A DNA stretch of 64,000 nt from an uncultured Eubacteriales bacterium (lineage in GTDB: Bacteria > Bacillota > Clostridia > Oscillospirales > Acutalibacteraceae), in the NCBI GenBank assembly GCA_964602735.1, contig CAZRRV010000001.1, positions 38,900 through 102,899 of the forward strand, given 5' to 3'. Under the pieces are notes generated by a model. The model was not told the origin of the DNA, searched no databases, and worked only from the letters and a program-made list of their open reading frames with translations. How positions within the stretch are numbered: position 1 is the first letter of the stretch; every line of letters begins with the position of its first letter. The translations under genes and the position numbers were made by a program. Below are positions 18,656-27,896 of this stretch, piece after piece.

Positions 18656-19504
18656 AACGGCTTTATATATTTCGCTTTTCCGCTGCCCCGATTTTTCCGC
18701 CGCCTCTCTGGCGGCCATGCTGGCCGATTTTCCCTCCGCCATATAAGAACGGGCGAGAGAGACTGCGTCGCTTAACGATTGAGAAACGTTTCGGCCGCCG
18801 GGCTTGCCGCTCACAATTAAAACAAATTCGCCTTTCGGCTCCGTTTCGGCATACATTTGCACCGCTTGCAACAGAGTTGTGCGCAGAACCTGTTCGTGAA
18901 TTTTCGTAAGTTCTTTTACAAGCGCGACGGGTCTGTCGCCGAACACCGCGAGCATATCGCCGAGCGTCTTCGCGAGTTTGTGCGGCGCCTCGTAAAAAAT
19001 CATTGTTCTTTCTTCCGTTTTAAGCGTTTCCAAATGTTTCTGCCGCGATGTTTTGTTTACCGAAAGGAACCCCTCAAAGCAGAATCTGCCGGCGGGCATG
19101 CCGGACACGGAAAGCGCTGTTATCAGCGCGCACGGGCCCGGCACCGATTCGACGGCAAGTCCCTTTTTGCGGCATAAATCCACCAAATCTTCGCCGGGAT
19201 CGCTGATTGCCGGCATACCGGCATCGGTTACGAGAGCGACTTTTTCACCCGCCTCAATCCGGCTTATAATCTGCGATCCCGCTGTTTTTTTGTTGTGTTC
19301 GTGGTAAGCCGTAAGCGGAGTTTTAATATCGAATCGGTTAAGCAGTTTGATTGTTACCCTGGTATCCTCGGCGGCTATGCAATCCGCGCTTCGCAAAACA
19401 TCCAGGGCACGAATCGATATATCGCTTAAATTGCCTATGGGCGTTCCGACAATATACAGTTTGCCGCAGGAATTTAATCCTCCGGCAGATTTTTCCTGTT
19501 CCAT
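18644..19504 (-). CDS. rsmI: 16S rRNA (cytidine1402-2'-O)-methyltransferase
   Basis: 286 aa. Contains KLYIVGTPIGNLSDISIRALDVLRSADCIAAEDTR, the tetrapyrrole-methylase fold typical of RsmI. Confidence 0.88.
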   Translation of the reverse strand: MEQEKSAGGLNSCGKLYIVGTPIGNLSDISIRALDVLRSADCIAAEDTRVTIKLLNRFDIKTPLTAYHEHNKKTAGSQIISRIEAGEKVALVTDAGMPAISDPGEDLVDLCRKKGLAVESVPGPCALITALSVSGMPAGRFCFEGFLSVNKTSRQKHLETLKTEERTMIFYEAPHKLAKTLGDMLAVFGDRPVALVKELTKIHEQVLRTTLLQAVQMYAETEPKGEFVLIVSGKPGGRNVSQSLSDAVSLARSYMAEGKSASMAAREAAEKSGQRKSEIYKAVQNK

Positions 19505-20868
19505 TTTACCCCTTCCGGCGTGTCTTTCAATTCGATGCCCATTTGCGAGAGTTTATCGCGCAGTTCATCGGCCGTTTTATAGTCTTTGCGCTGCCTTGCG
19601 GCGGTTCTTTCGGCTATCAGGCGCTCGACGGTTGCATCGACGGATCGGTTTTCGCTTTTTTCGCAAAGTCCGAGCACGCCGCACATTTCCTTAAAAGCCG
19701 ACAGACATTTCATCGCGGCGTTTCTGCCCGGTCGGCTCGATATGAAAGTATTGCATTCCTTCACTAAATTGAACAGCGCGCCCAGCGCATCGGCGGTATT
19801 CAAATCATCATCCATTGCCTTGATAAAATCGTTGCGGTATTGATCCAAAAACCCGGGTTCGTCTCCGCCGCCCGTTGAGTTGTCGATGTAATCGGAAAGC
19901 AGTTCACGGCAGCGGTATAATCTTGCAAGCGCGTTTTTCGACTGTACTATCGCGTTTTCATCGTAATTGACGGGGCTGCGGTAGTGTGCCGAAAGCATCA
20001 GATACCGTATCGGTTCGTAACCGTGTTTTTCGGCGATTTCCCTTACTGTGAAGAAATTGTTCAGTGATTTCGACATTTTTTTGTGATCGGCATTTATATA
20101 ACCGTTATGCATCCAGTATCGGGAAAATGTGCAGCCGTTGGCGCATTCGCTTTGCGCAATTTCGTTTTCGTGATGCGGAAAAATCAAATCTTTGCCGCCG
20201 CAATGAATATCTATCGTTTTGCCTAAGTATCTTCCCGCCATCGCCGAACATTCGATGTGCCAGCCGGGTCTGCCTTTGCCGTATTTCGAATCCCAGAACG
20301 GCTCGCCGGGTTTCGCGTTTTTCCACAGGCAGAAATCCATGGGATCTTTTTTGTGCTCCGAAACATCTATCCTCGCTCCCGCCTCGAGTTCTTCCAGCGG
20401 CTGATGCGACAGTTTGCCGTATTCGGGATCGGTTTTCGTTGAAAAATACACCCCGTCATCGCTTGCGTAAGCGTAGCCTTTTTCCGTCAATATATCAATC
20501 AAACCGAGTATGGCATCTATATTTTCGGTAGCGCGAGGATGAAAATCGGCTTTCCGTATATTAAGACCTTCGGCGTCAATCCAATACTCTTTGATGTAGC
20601 GCTCGGCAACTTCCGCTACGGAAATTTCTTCTTCGTTGGCCCTGTTTATAAGTTTATCGTCGATGTCGGTAAAATTTTGGACAAATGTCACTTTATTCCC
20701 GCGATACTCGAGATACCGGCGCAGAACATCGAATACGCAGAGCGGGCGTGCGTTGCCTATATGGATGTAATTGTAAACCGTAGGGCCGCAGGCGTAAATT
20801 TTGAATTCCCCCGGGGTCAGGGGAATCAGTTCCTCTTTTTTGCGCGACATTGTATTATATATTTTCAT
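19474..20868 (-). CDS. cysS: Cysteine--tRNA ligase
   Basis: MKIYNTMSRKKEELIPL...CGPTVYNYIHIGNAR (HIGH motif)...KMSKS. The ATG at 20868 is preferred over the track start at 20946. Confidence 0.93.
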   Translation of the reverse strand: MKIYNTMSRKKEELIPLTPGEFKIYACGPTVYNYIHIGNARPLCVFDVLRRYLEYRGNKVTFVQNFTDIDDKLINRANEEEISVAEVAERYIKEYWIDAEGLNIRKADFHPRATENIDAILGLIDILTEKGYAYASDDGVYFSTKTDPEYGKLSHQPLEELEAGARIDVSEHKKDPMDFCLWKNAKPGEPFWDSKYGKGRPGWHIECSAMAGRYLGKTIDIHCGGKDLIFPHHENEIAQSECANGCTFSRYWMHNGYINADHKKMSKSLNNFFTVREIAEKHGYEPIRYLMLSAHYRSPVNYDENAIVQSKNALARLYRCRELLSDYIDNSTGGGDEPGFLDQYRNDFIKAMDDDLNTADALGALFNLVKECNTFISSRPGRNAAMKCLSAFKEMCGVLGLCEKSENRSVDATVERLIAERTAARQRKDYKTADELRDKLSQMGIELKDTPEGVKWNRKNLPED

Positions 20869-21508
20869 TGTCTGATTGTACCTCTTTTCCGAGCTTTGCT
20901 TCCAAAGCATCGATTCTCGCCGCCATTTTCCCCATTTCAACGGCAATCGGATCCGATATATGAATCTGATCGAGGGGCGAAACGCGCACGCCGTCTTTTT
21001 TTACTACCCTCGCCGGAACGCCGACCACCGTTGTTGAGGGCGGAACATCATGCAAAACAATGGCACCTGCGGCGACTCTCGCGTCATCTCCGACGACAAT
21101 CGGCCCCAGAACTTTCGCGCCGGCGCTTATCATTACCCGGTTGCCGACAGTCGGGTGCCTCTTACCCGTATCTTTGCCGGTGCCGCCTAAAGTTACGCCC
21201 TGATATATGAGGCAGTCGTCTCCTATTTCCGCGGTTTCGCCTATAACCACGCCCACGCCGTGATCGATTACCAGGCGGCGCCCGATTTTAGCACCGGGAT
21301 GAATTTCGATACCCGTTTTGCGCACACATCGCTGAGAAATAAGGCGCGCCAAAAAGTACCGGTGGTGCCGAAAAAAGAAATGTGCTCTGCGGTACATTCT
21401 GAGCGCTTTTACGCCGGGATAAAGGAAAAAAACCTCTACGCCGCTGCGCGCGGCGGGGTCGCGCTCTTTTACCGCGGCAATATCCTCGCGTGTTCGCCCG
21501 AACAGCAT
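20855..21508 (-). CDS. cysE: Serine O-acetyltransferase
   Basis: MLFGRTREDIAAVKERDPAARS... followed by hexapeptide repeats (GIEIHPGAKIGRRLVIDHGVGVVIGETAEIGDD). The ATG at 21508 has RBS AGGGTGA. The track start at 21532 is TTG. Confidence 0.88.
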   Translation of the reverse strand: MLFGRTREDIAAVKERDPAARSGVEVFFLYPGVKALRMYRRAHFFFRHHRYFLARLISQRCVRKTGIEIHPGAKIGRRLVIDHGVGVVIGETAEIGDDCLIYQGVTLGGTGKDTGKRHPTVGNRVMISAGAKVLGPIVVGDDARVAAGAIVLHDVPPSTTVVGVPARVVKKDGVRVSPLDQIHISDPIAVEMGKMAARIDALEAKLGKEVQSDNENI

Positions 21509-21682
21509 CGCGTTATCACCCTGCTTCGCCAAAATCTAAAAGCTTTAATGCCTTACACTCGATTATATAATTATTTTCGCGATTTGTCTACACCTTTTTA
21601 ATGTTTGCTATTGATTTTCAAACTCCGATAATGTATTATTTTAATTGAAAGTGCAGTTGTGAACACGGGAGGGAACGGTCGG

Positions 21683-22447
21683 ATGCTTCTTTGCGTCGAT
21701 ATCGGTAATACAAATATAACTATTGGAGTTTATAAGTCCGATACGCTTGTGTTTACCGCGCGTATGGCGTCCGATATTCACCGTACCGGGGATCAGTATG
21801 CGGTTGAGATTTACGATATTATACGGCTTAACGGTTGCAACGCGACGGAAATCCGCGACGCTATAATATCCTCCGTCGTCCCCGCCATAACTCAGTCGTT
21901 CGAAAACGCTGTATTCAAATTATGCGGGTTTGCGCCGCTTGTATTGGAGCCGGGCATGAAAACGGGGCTGAACATTAAAATCGATAATCCCGCGCAACTC
22001 GGTGCCGATCTGGTTGCCGGCGCGGCCGGCGCAATAAGCAAATATACGCTGCCGTGTATAATAATCGATTTGGGTACGGCAACGACTTTAACAGCCGTAA
22101 ATATAAGAGGCGAATTTATCGGCGGATCCATAGCCGCGGGTATCGGCCTTACATTAGAGGCGCTTGCCCGGAATACCGCTCAGCTTCCGTCGGTTGAGAT
22201 CTCCGCGCCCAAAAACGCAATCGGGAAGAACACAATCGACAGTATGAAATCGGGTCTGGTTTTCGGCGCCGCCGCGATGTTAGACGGTATGATCGATCGG
22301 TTCGAAGCGGAACTGGGGGAGGAAGCTGCCGTTGTTGCCACAGGCGGTCTCGCGCCGGTTATTCTGCCTTTCTGCAAAAGAAAAATACACGAAGATGAAA
22401 CGCTGGTGTTAGACGGTCTTAAGGCTATATATCATAAAAACAGGTAG
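21683..22447 (+). CDS. coaX: Type III pantothenate kinase
   Basis: Contains MLLCVDIGNTNITIGVY, IIIDLGTATT and VVATGGLA. The ATG at 21683 follows RBS GGGAGGGAA. Confidence 0.9.
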   Translation: MLLCVDIGNTNITIGVYKSDTLVFTARMASDIHRTGDQYAVEIYDIIRLNGCNATEIRDAIISSVVPAITQSFENAVFKLCGFAPLVLEPGMKTGLNIKIDNPAQLGADLVAGAAGAISKYTLPCIIIDLGTATTLTAVNIRGEFIGGSIAAGIGLTLEALARNTAQLPSVEISAPKNAIGKNTIDSMKSGLVFGAAAMLDGMIDRFEAELGEEAAVVATGGLAPVILPFCKRKIHEDETLVLDGLKAIYHKNR

Positions 22448-22515
22448 TTATTGATTTCGAACATAATTTGAAATGAGTTGTATCCCTGAACGGGAACAGC
22501 ATCGGGGGTTTTATT

Positions 22516-23118
22516 GTGAAAAAAAGAAACACATTTAAGCTTGTGCTTTTTGCGCTTTATGTGGCGATTATTTTCCTGCTCGATTTAACACCGCTCGGTT
22601 ATATTCCGATGCCTACGGGAATCAACGCCACAACGATTTTTTTGCCGGTAATATTCGCCGCGACAACACTCGGCCCGCTTTACGGCGGACTTGCCGGTTT
22701 TGTATTCGGTTTAACAAGCTTTCTGCAATGTTTCGGAATAGGTGCCGTTATCGATCCGCTCGCCGCGACCCTTTTTCAGGAGAACGCGCTGCTTTTCGCC
22801 GTAATGTGTTTCGCGCCGCGTATAATAATGGGTATCGCCGTAGCGTATATCTTTAAGTTGTTGCAAAAAATCGATAAAACAAAAGTGATTTCGTATGCCG
22901 TAGCGTCCGCATCGGCGGTGATTTTGAATACTGTCCTTTTTTTGACGCTGTTTAACCTTTTCTTTTCCGACACGGCGTTTTCGGGCAAGACACTGCGGAC
23001 GGTTTTAAGCGCGGTAATTACCGCGAACGGCTTGGGCGAACTGGCGGTGGCGCTCGTTATAGGCACTGCCGGCAGCAAAGCGCTCTCGGGTGCGGTTCGT
23101 AAATTTTCAAAAAATTAG
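22516..23118 (+). CDS. ECF-transporter substrate-specific (S) component, possibly pantothenate-specific
   Basis: 200 aa, about six TM helices, GTG start with RBS CGGGGG. Its position directly after coaX suggests PanT-like specificity, which is inference only. Confidence 0.65.
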   Translation: MKKRNTFKLVLFALYVAIIFLLDLTPLGYIPMPTGINATTIFLPVIFAATTLGPLYGGLAGFVFGLTSFLQCFGIGAVIDPLAATLFQENALLFAVMCFAPRIIMGIAVAYIFKLLQKIDKTKVISYAVASASAVILNTVLFLTLFNLFFSDTAFSGKTLRTVLSAVITANGLGELAVALVIGTAGSKALSGAVRKFSKN

Positions 23119-23147
23119 TTGCATTCGGTATTAAATGGTGTTATACT
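23119..23147 (+). promoter_or_regulatory. Promoter of the THF-riboswitch/folT unit
   Basis: TTGCAT (23119-23124), a 17-nt spacer, then TATACT (23142-23147) preceded by TGT (extended -10-like). Confidence 0.5.
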
Positions 23148-23177
23148 GAACATGTGCCGGCAGTCTGGCCGGTGTAA

Positions 23178-23271
23178 CAGAGTAGGTCTGCAAGCGTTAA
23201 GTGTCCGCGGGACGGGGAGTTGTCCGCGGAACGAAAAGGTTTCTTGCGGTTTGCAGACCGCATCCCGCTGG
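23178..23271 (+). promoter_or_regulatory. THF (tetrahydrofolate) riboswitch aptamer
   Basis: CAGAGUAGGUCUGCAAGCGUUAAGUGUCCGCGG...CCGCGGAACGAA...UUUGCAGACCGCAUCCCGCUG. The conserved cores AGAGUAG, GCGUUAAGUG, ACGAA and GCAUCC-GCU and the P2/P3 pairings match the Eubacterium siraeum THF aptamer as I recall it. The downstream gene is folT. Confidence 0.85.
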
Positions 23272-23298
23272 AAAATAATATGAAGAAAACATCCCGTT

Positions 23299-23344
23299 CT
23301 CCCTGTTATTGATTCAGCGAAAATAATGACAGGGAGTGTTTTTT
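23299..23344 (+). terminator. Riboswitch expression platform: intrinsic terminator whose 3' arm contains the folT RBS
   Basis: CTCCCTGT (23299-23306) pairs with ACAGGGAG (23329-23336), and an inner TATT/AATA pairing follows. The hairpin is followed by TGTTTTTT (23337-23344) immediately before the ATG at 23345. Confidence 0.7.
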
Positions 23345-23890
23345 ATGGCTAAGTTTAACCGTCGGTATTCCATCTATTTGGTGTCGTTCTGTGCGATCAT
23401 GCTGGCATTGCAGATAGTATTTTCGAGATTTCTGAAAATCGACACCGGGGTTATAAGATTCAGCTTCGGATTTGTCCCGGTTATGCTGGTTTCGGTTTAT
23501 TACGGAATACCGGCGTCAATCGCAGTCTGGGCATTAAGCGATGTTTTGGGATCCGTTCTGTTCCCGAGCGGAGCTTATTTCCCGGGGTTTACGCTTACCG
23601 CGGCGCTTATGGGTCTTTGCTGCGGATTTTTCATGAAAAATCTGTATGAAATCAGAAGCTTAAGGGCGCTTGCTAGAATCGCGGTATGCGTATTTATAAA
23701 TCAGTTTATATTAAGTCTTTTTCTTAATACCTTCTGGCTTACAATCATCATCGGGAAAGGGTTCGGAGCGCTTTTCGTTTCCCGCCTTATTTCATCGTCG
23801 GTCGACTTCGTCGTTCAAACCGTCACGATGTTTATTTTATACAAAACGGGATTTTTAAGATTGCTCGGGAACCGCATTGTCCGTAACTGA
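23345..23890 (+). CDS. folT: Folate-family ECF transporter S component
   Basis: MAKFNRRYSIYLVSFCAIMLALQIVFSRFLKIDTGVIRFSFGFVP... is typical of FolT, and a THF riboswitch precedes it. The track's GTG at 23336 lies inside the terminator T-tract region. Confidence 0.85.
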   Translation: MAKFNRRYSIYLVSFCAIMLALQIVFSRFLKIDTGVIRFSFGFVPVMLVSVYYGIPASIAVWALSDVLGSVLFPSGAYFPGFTLTAALMGLCCGFFMKNLYEIRSLRALARIAVCVFINQFILSLFLNTFWLTIIIGKGFGALFVSRLISSSVDFVVQTVTMFILYKTGFLRLLGNRIVRN

Positions 23891-23943
23891 TAATACCGTA
23901 AAATGTTATGCGTGGTCGCGCGGCAACCGTTATGCGGCGGCGG

Positions 23944-25611
23944 TTAAATATTTTCCGAAATAAGTCGGTTTATTTTCTCGCGGAGATTTAGCGTAAACAT
24001 GGGGTCGCTCGGATATTTTTCAAATGTTATTTCTCCCCGCTCTTCCAGTATACGCATAACGGCGTCACGACCGCATAACTGTTCCGCCAGCGCGAAAGCC
24101 CGCATATCGTAAAGCGCGTCGGTAAAGCCGAGCATATGAATTGTTTCATACGCCGTTCCGTCGGGTGCCGGATATACCGAAAACGCGTCTCCCGCCGGTA
24201 CCCAAAATCCGCCGTCGTTGCATAGATACGGATTAACCGGTTCGAGCGACCATCTTGTGTAATAGAAATTATATCCCCAGTGCAAAAAGCCTTCTATACC
24301 GTATTTGTAAAGCTGTGCTCCGATTATTCTTGTGCGCGATGTCGGCATAGCCACAAATCTGTTGGAGACAAGCTCTCTCTGCCCTCCGCAGTAATATGCC
24401 CATAAATGCTCGGGTCTTTTCTGCAAAAAAGGTTCAATGTGGTTGGTGGCGACGACGGGCGTTTCCACCGCTCCCGTTTCGTAATACGAAAAATTCGATA
24501 GTGCGTCGATAACCGTATACCCGGCAAGCGCGTCTTTAACCGCCGCTTTGGCCGCAAGATAGCTTTCAAGCTGATCGATATGCGGCTCGTCGGATATATG
24601 GAACATTGTCTTTTTGTCTATCCCGAGCGTTTTTAATTCCCTTATAAGCGCCGGTAAAAACGCATTTAGAAATTTACGGTATTCATAACCCGTGGCATCC
24701 GTTTCCCACCCGAAAATCCTGCGGTAACCCGAGCCCGTTTTCGTTTTCGCCATAATTTTAGGGGCATGTTTCGCGCCCCATTGGGTAAACAGATGAGATA
24801 TTTCAAAATATTCAAATCCCGTTTTCCTGCACATATTCACCCATCGGCGAAGTTTTTCAAAGCCGAATCGGTAACCGTCGCGAGTGACCGTTACATCCGT
24901 AAGCTGTACCGTGGGGCGCTCATGACCCTCGGCGGTATCGAGCGGCGGAGTAAACACCGGCGTTAAAATCATATTCACACCGTTTTCCGCGGCAGTGCGT
25001 AAAAATGATTCGATTATTTCCCAATGCCGCTCGCTGAAAATATCAACGCCGTAATAAGTCGCCAGGCAGTCGGGATGAAACCACTGTGTATAAATAAGCT
25101 TTTGTTTCGGCAGTTCGGCGGGAATAATCTCCGCCGTAAATTCTGTGGCGGCAAGCGTTTCGCCGTCTAAGCCTCGGAGGGTAAAACGGATGGTGTATTC
25201 GCCTTCGTGAGCATCATACGGCACCCGAATATCAACCCATAAAGTCTGCAATTCGCCGCTTATGAAGATAATTCCGTCTTTTTTTAACGGGCGCAGCAGA
25301 TCGGGATAAAGGCCGGGAGTCGTTCGCAGATACCCGTCAGTATTCGACCCGTTATACCGTATCGGAACATTTTCGATTTGTTGAAGTGAAATAAACGGCT
25401 CGATTTCGCTTTCGACCGTAACCGTTGCGGGTACGCAGGCGTTGGGATTATCTTCCGCCTTAAATGCAAGCTGAAACGAATACCGTTCGCCGCAGAGCAT
25501 GGAACCCCGCCGGTATGTAATTTTGCCGGTTGCGGATTCGTCCAAAAAACATTTTTCGTTTCCCGAAACGGGCTTGAATATTATATTTTCCACTGTTTTT
25601 ACCCCCGTCAT
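23944..25611 (-). CDS. DUF4091-domain protein, GH123-like putative glycoside hydrolase
   Basis: 555 aa with an N-terminal beta-sandwich-like region and a TIM-barrel-like C-terminal region. The family call is from overall resemblance only. Confidence 0.5.
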   Translation of the reverse strand: MTGVKTVENIIFKPVSGNEKCFLDESATGKITYRRGSMLCGERYSFQLAFKAEDNPNACVPATVTVESEIEPFISLQQIENVPIRYNGSNTDGYLRTTPGLYPDLLRPLKKDGIIFISGELQTLWVDIRVPYDAHEGEYTIRFTLRGLDGETLAATEFTAEIIPAELPKQKLIYTQWFHPDCLATYYGVDIFSERHWEIIESFLRTAAENGVNMILTPVFTPPLDTAEGHERPTVQLTDVTVTRDGYRFGFEKLRRWVNMCRKTGFEYFEISHLFTQWGAKHAPKIMAKTKTGSGYRRIFGWETDATGYEYRKFLNAFLPALIRELKTLGIDKKTMFHISDEPHIDQLESYLAAKAAVKDALAGYTVIDALSNFSYYETGAVETPVVATNHIEPFLQKRPEHLWAYYCGGQRELVSNRFVAMPTSRTRIIGAQLYKYGIEGFLHWGYNFYYTRWSLEPVNPYLCNDGGFWVPAGDAFSVYPAPDGTAYETIHMLGFTDALYDMRAFALAEQLCGRDAVMRILEERGEITFEKYPSDPMFTLNLREKINRLISENI

Positions 25612-25716
25612 TCAATTCTCAATTCCAATTATAGCAAATATTTTTTTGTTGTCAAAATCTATGTTATGATCCCATTCCGATTATAACGACTATGCCCAAA
25701 GGTTGTTAACCGCAAA

Positions 25717-26898
25717 ATGAATGAAACCGTTATAAAAATATATCGTGCCGCTTTTAAGATCTGCGGGTGTGCGATCGCCGGGGAAAATATTCCCGGCGAC
25801 TGCGTCGCTATGTTTGAAAAATATCCCGAACAAATATTCCGCGCAACCGCAAGATACGGGATTGCTCCTGTAGCCGGTTACGGGTTATCGAATTCCGGGA
25901 TAATGGGAGGGGAAATACACAATGAAATAATAGAGCGTTTCCGAATTGCCGGTAAAAAAGCGGCGCTTTGCGATAAAATAATGAGAAACGAATTAAAACT
26001 TATTTCGAAACTGTTTAACGGCTCGGAAATACCGTTTATTCCGTTAAAAGGCGCGGTTCTTTCCGATTTCTATCCCGAACCGGGATTGCGCACGCGTTGC
26101 GATATTGATATTTTAATCCGCGAGGGCGACTTAAACCGTGCGGCGGATCTGCTGAAAAGTAAAGCCGGCTATAAGGCAATCGGTCGAACCGCTCACGATC
26201 TTGAATTCATATCCGAGAACCGTGTCCCGGTTGAACTGCATTACCGTACGATCGAACCGTGGTACGCACGCGAATCCTCGGCAGTTTTGTCGGAAATTTG
26301 GGATTATGCCGCGCCATGCGGCGATTCATATCAATATATATTGAAGCCGGAAATGTTCCGCTTTTTTCATTATGCCCATATGGCAAAGCATTTTGAAAAA
26401 GGAGGTTGCGGGGTTCGTCCTTTTCTTGATTTGTTTGTGTTAAACCGGAGGTTTACAAATAACCGTGAGCGTGATATAATATTAAAAGACGGCGGATTGT
26501 CCGATTTTGCGAACGCGTGCGACGGGTTGTCGGAATTCTGGTTCGGCGGCGGTTCGCCAAACGGGTTGATTGTCAGAACCGAAGAATTTATCTTAAACGG
26601 CGGAATGTTCGGCAGTGTAAAAAATATGGCGGCAGCGGGCGAAACGCAAAGCGGCGGAAAAAGACAATATATTTTTCAAAGGCTCTTTCTTCCTTTCGGC
26701 AGGTTGCGAATCGAATATCCGGTTTTGCAAAACCATCCGTGGCTGACGCCGTTTATTTTCTGCCGCCGTTTCGCGAAAATGGTCGCGAAAGGGCATTTTC
26801 GAAGATCACTGTCGGAATTAAAAAATACCAGATACGATTACGGGAAAACCGACGAGCTTTTTTCTCTTTTAGGCCTGAAACAGAAAAAAAATAAATGA
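25717..26898 (+). CDS. Uncharacterised nucleotidyltransferase-family protein (NTP_transf_5-like)
   Basis: 393 aa. Contains the motif IPFIPLKGAVLSDFYPEPGLRTRCDIDILIREGDL, which is the G-x...D-x-D minimal nucleotidyltransferase signature. Confidence 0.6.
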   Translation: MNETVIKIYRAAFKICGCAIAGENIPGDCVAMFEKYPEQIFRATARYGIAPVAGYGLSNSGIMGGEIHNEIIERFRIAGKKAALCDKIMRNELKLISKLFNGSEIPFIPLKGAVLSDFYPEPGLRTRCDIDILIREGDLNRAADLLKSKAGYKAIGRTAHDLEFISENRVPVELHYRTIEPWYARESSAVLSEIWDYAAPCGDSYQYILKPEMFRFFHYAHMAKHFEKGGCGVRPFLDLFVLNRRFTNNRERDIILKDGGLSDFANACDGLSEFWFGGGSPNGLIVRTEEFILNGGMFGSVKNMAAAGETQSGGKRQYIFQRLFLPFGRLRIEYPVLQNHPWLTPFIFCRRFAKMVAKGHFRRSLSELKNTRYDYGKTDELFSLLGLKQKKNK

Positions 26899-26915
26899 AA
26901 GACTGTTGATACAAT

Positions 26916-27749
26916 ATGAGTTATAAACGGATTCTAACCGTTCAGGACATCTCGTGCGTCGGGCAGTGCTCGCTTACCGTGGCGTTGCCCGTACTTTCCG
27001 CGGAAGGTGTCGAAACATGCGTTTTACCGTCGGCTATACTTTCAACGCATACCGCCGGATTTACCGGTTACACCGTCAGCGATTTTACAGACGAGATTCC
27101 CGCGGTAATCGCGCATTGGAAAAAAGAAAAAATAAATTTCGACGGGGTATACACCGGCTATCTCGGCAGCGTCGAACAGATAGAGTCGGTAAAAGAAATC
27201 ATTTCGGATCTGCTTGTGCCGGGCGGAATTACGATTATCGACCCCGCCATGGCGGACGGGGGTAAACTATATCCGGCGTTTAATTCCGATTATGCCGATG
27301 CCATGAAAACTCTTGTGAAAATTGCAGATTACACATTGCCGAATATAACCGAGGCATGTTTCCTGACAGGTATGCCTTATCGGGAAACTTACGATAAAGC
27401 TTATGTGATCGAACTTTCAAAAAAGCTGTGTGATGCCGGTGCAAAAACGGTTGTGCTTACCGGAGTGAGCTACCGCGAGGGTAAAACGGGAGTTGCGGTT
27501 TACGCAGACGGCGAATATTCGTATTATGAACACAAAAAAATCGAAAAAAGTTATCACGGTACCGGCGATATTTATTCTTCGGCGTTTGCCGGCGCGCTGA
27601 TGCGGGGAAAACCGGTGTTTGAGGCTGCGGCAATCGCGGCGGATTATACGGTGCTTTGCATTGAAAAAACCGTCGACGATCCCGAACACTGGTACGGTGT
27701 TAAATTTGAAACGGCGATACCCGAACTGATACAAATGCTTGCGAAATAA
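26916..27749 (+). CDS. pdxK: Pyridoxal/pyridoxamine kinase
   Basis: KRILTVQDISCVGQCSLTVALPVLSAEGVETCVLPSAILSTHT...DPAMADGGKLY...YHGTGDIYSSAF shows a ribokinase fold with the PdxK/PdxY pattern. Confidence 0.8.
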   Translation: MSYKRILTVQDISCVGQCSLTVALPVLSAEGVETCVLPSAILSTHTAGFTGYTVSDFTDEIPAVIAHWKKEKINFDGVYTGYLGSVEQIESVKEIISDLLVPGGITIIDPAMADGGKLYPAFNSDYADAMKTLVKIADYTLPNITEACFLTGMPYRETYDKAYVIELSKKLCDAGAKTVVLTGVSYREGKTGVAVYADGEYSYYEHKKIEKSYHGTGDIYSSAFAGALMRGKPVFEAAAIAADYTVLCIEKTVDDPEHWYGVKFETAIPELIQMLAK

Positions 27750-27836
27750 TTGAAAATAAAAAAATTTATAAAATAATTACCGTTAATTTCATTTATGTGT
27801 GTATATATACAAAAAAAGTAAAATTATTTTTTTTGC

Positions 27837-27865
27837 TTGAATGTCGACAGACCCGAGAGTATAAT
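27837..27865 (+). promoter_or_regulatory. Promoter of the esterase gene
   Basis: TTGAAT (27837-27842), a 17-nt spacer, then TATAAT (27860-27865), inside a very AT-rich spacer region. Confidence 0.5.
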
Positions 27866-27896
27866 TAACCGAGAAATAATGCAGAGGATGATAGTT

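Noticed and set aside
21509-21682. An expected Cys T-box or other leader upstream of cysE-cysS.
   Set aside because: Only about 150 nt separate cysE from the divergent coaX. I see no T-box consensus (AGAGA...GGTGGTACCGCG-like), no specifier hairpin and no terminator/antiterminator pair. It looks like a plain divergent promoter region.
27800-27811. A perfect 12-bp palindrome, TGTATATATACA, upstream of the esterase promoter.
   Set aside because: It is an alternating TA run inside a very AT-rich spacer, so it is likely to arise by chance. There is no second copy and no associated regulator.
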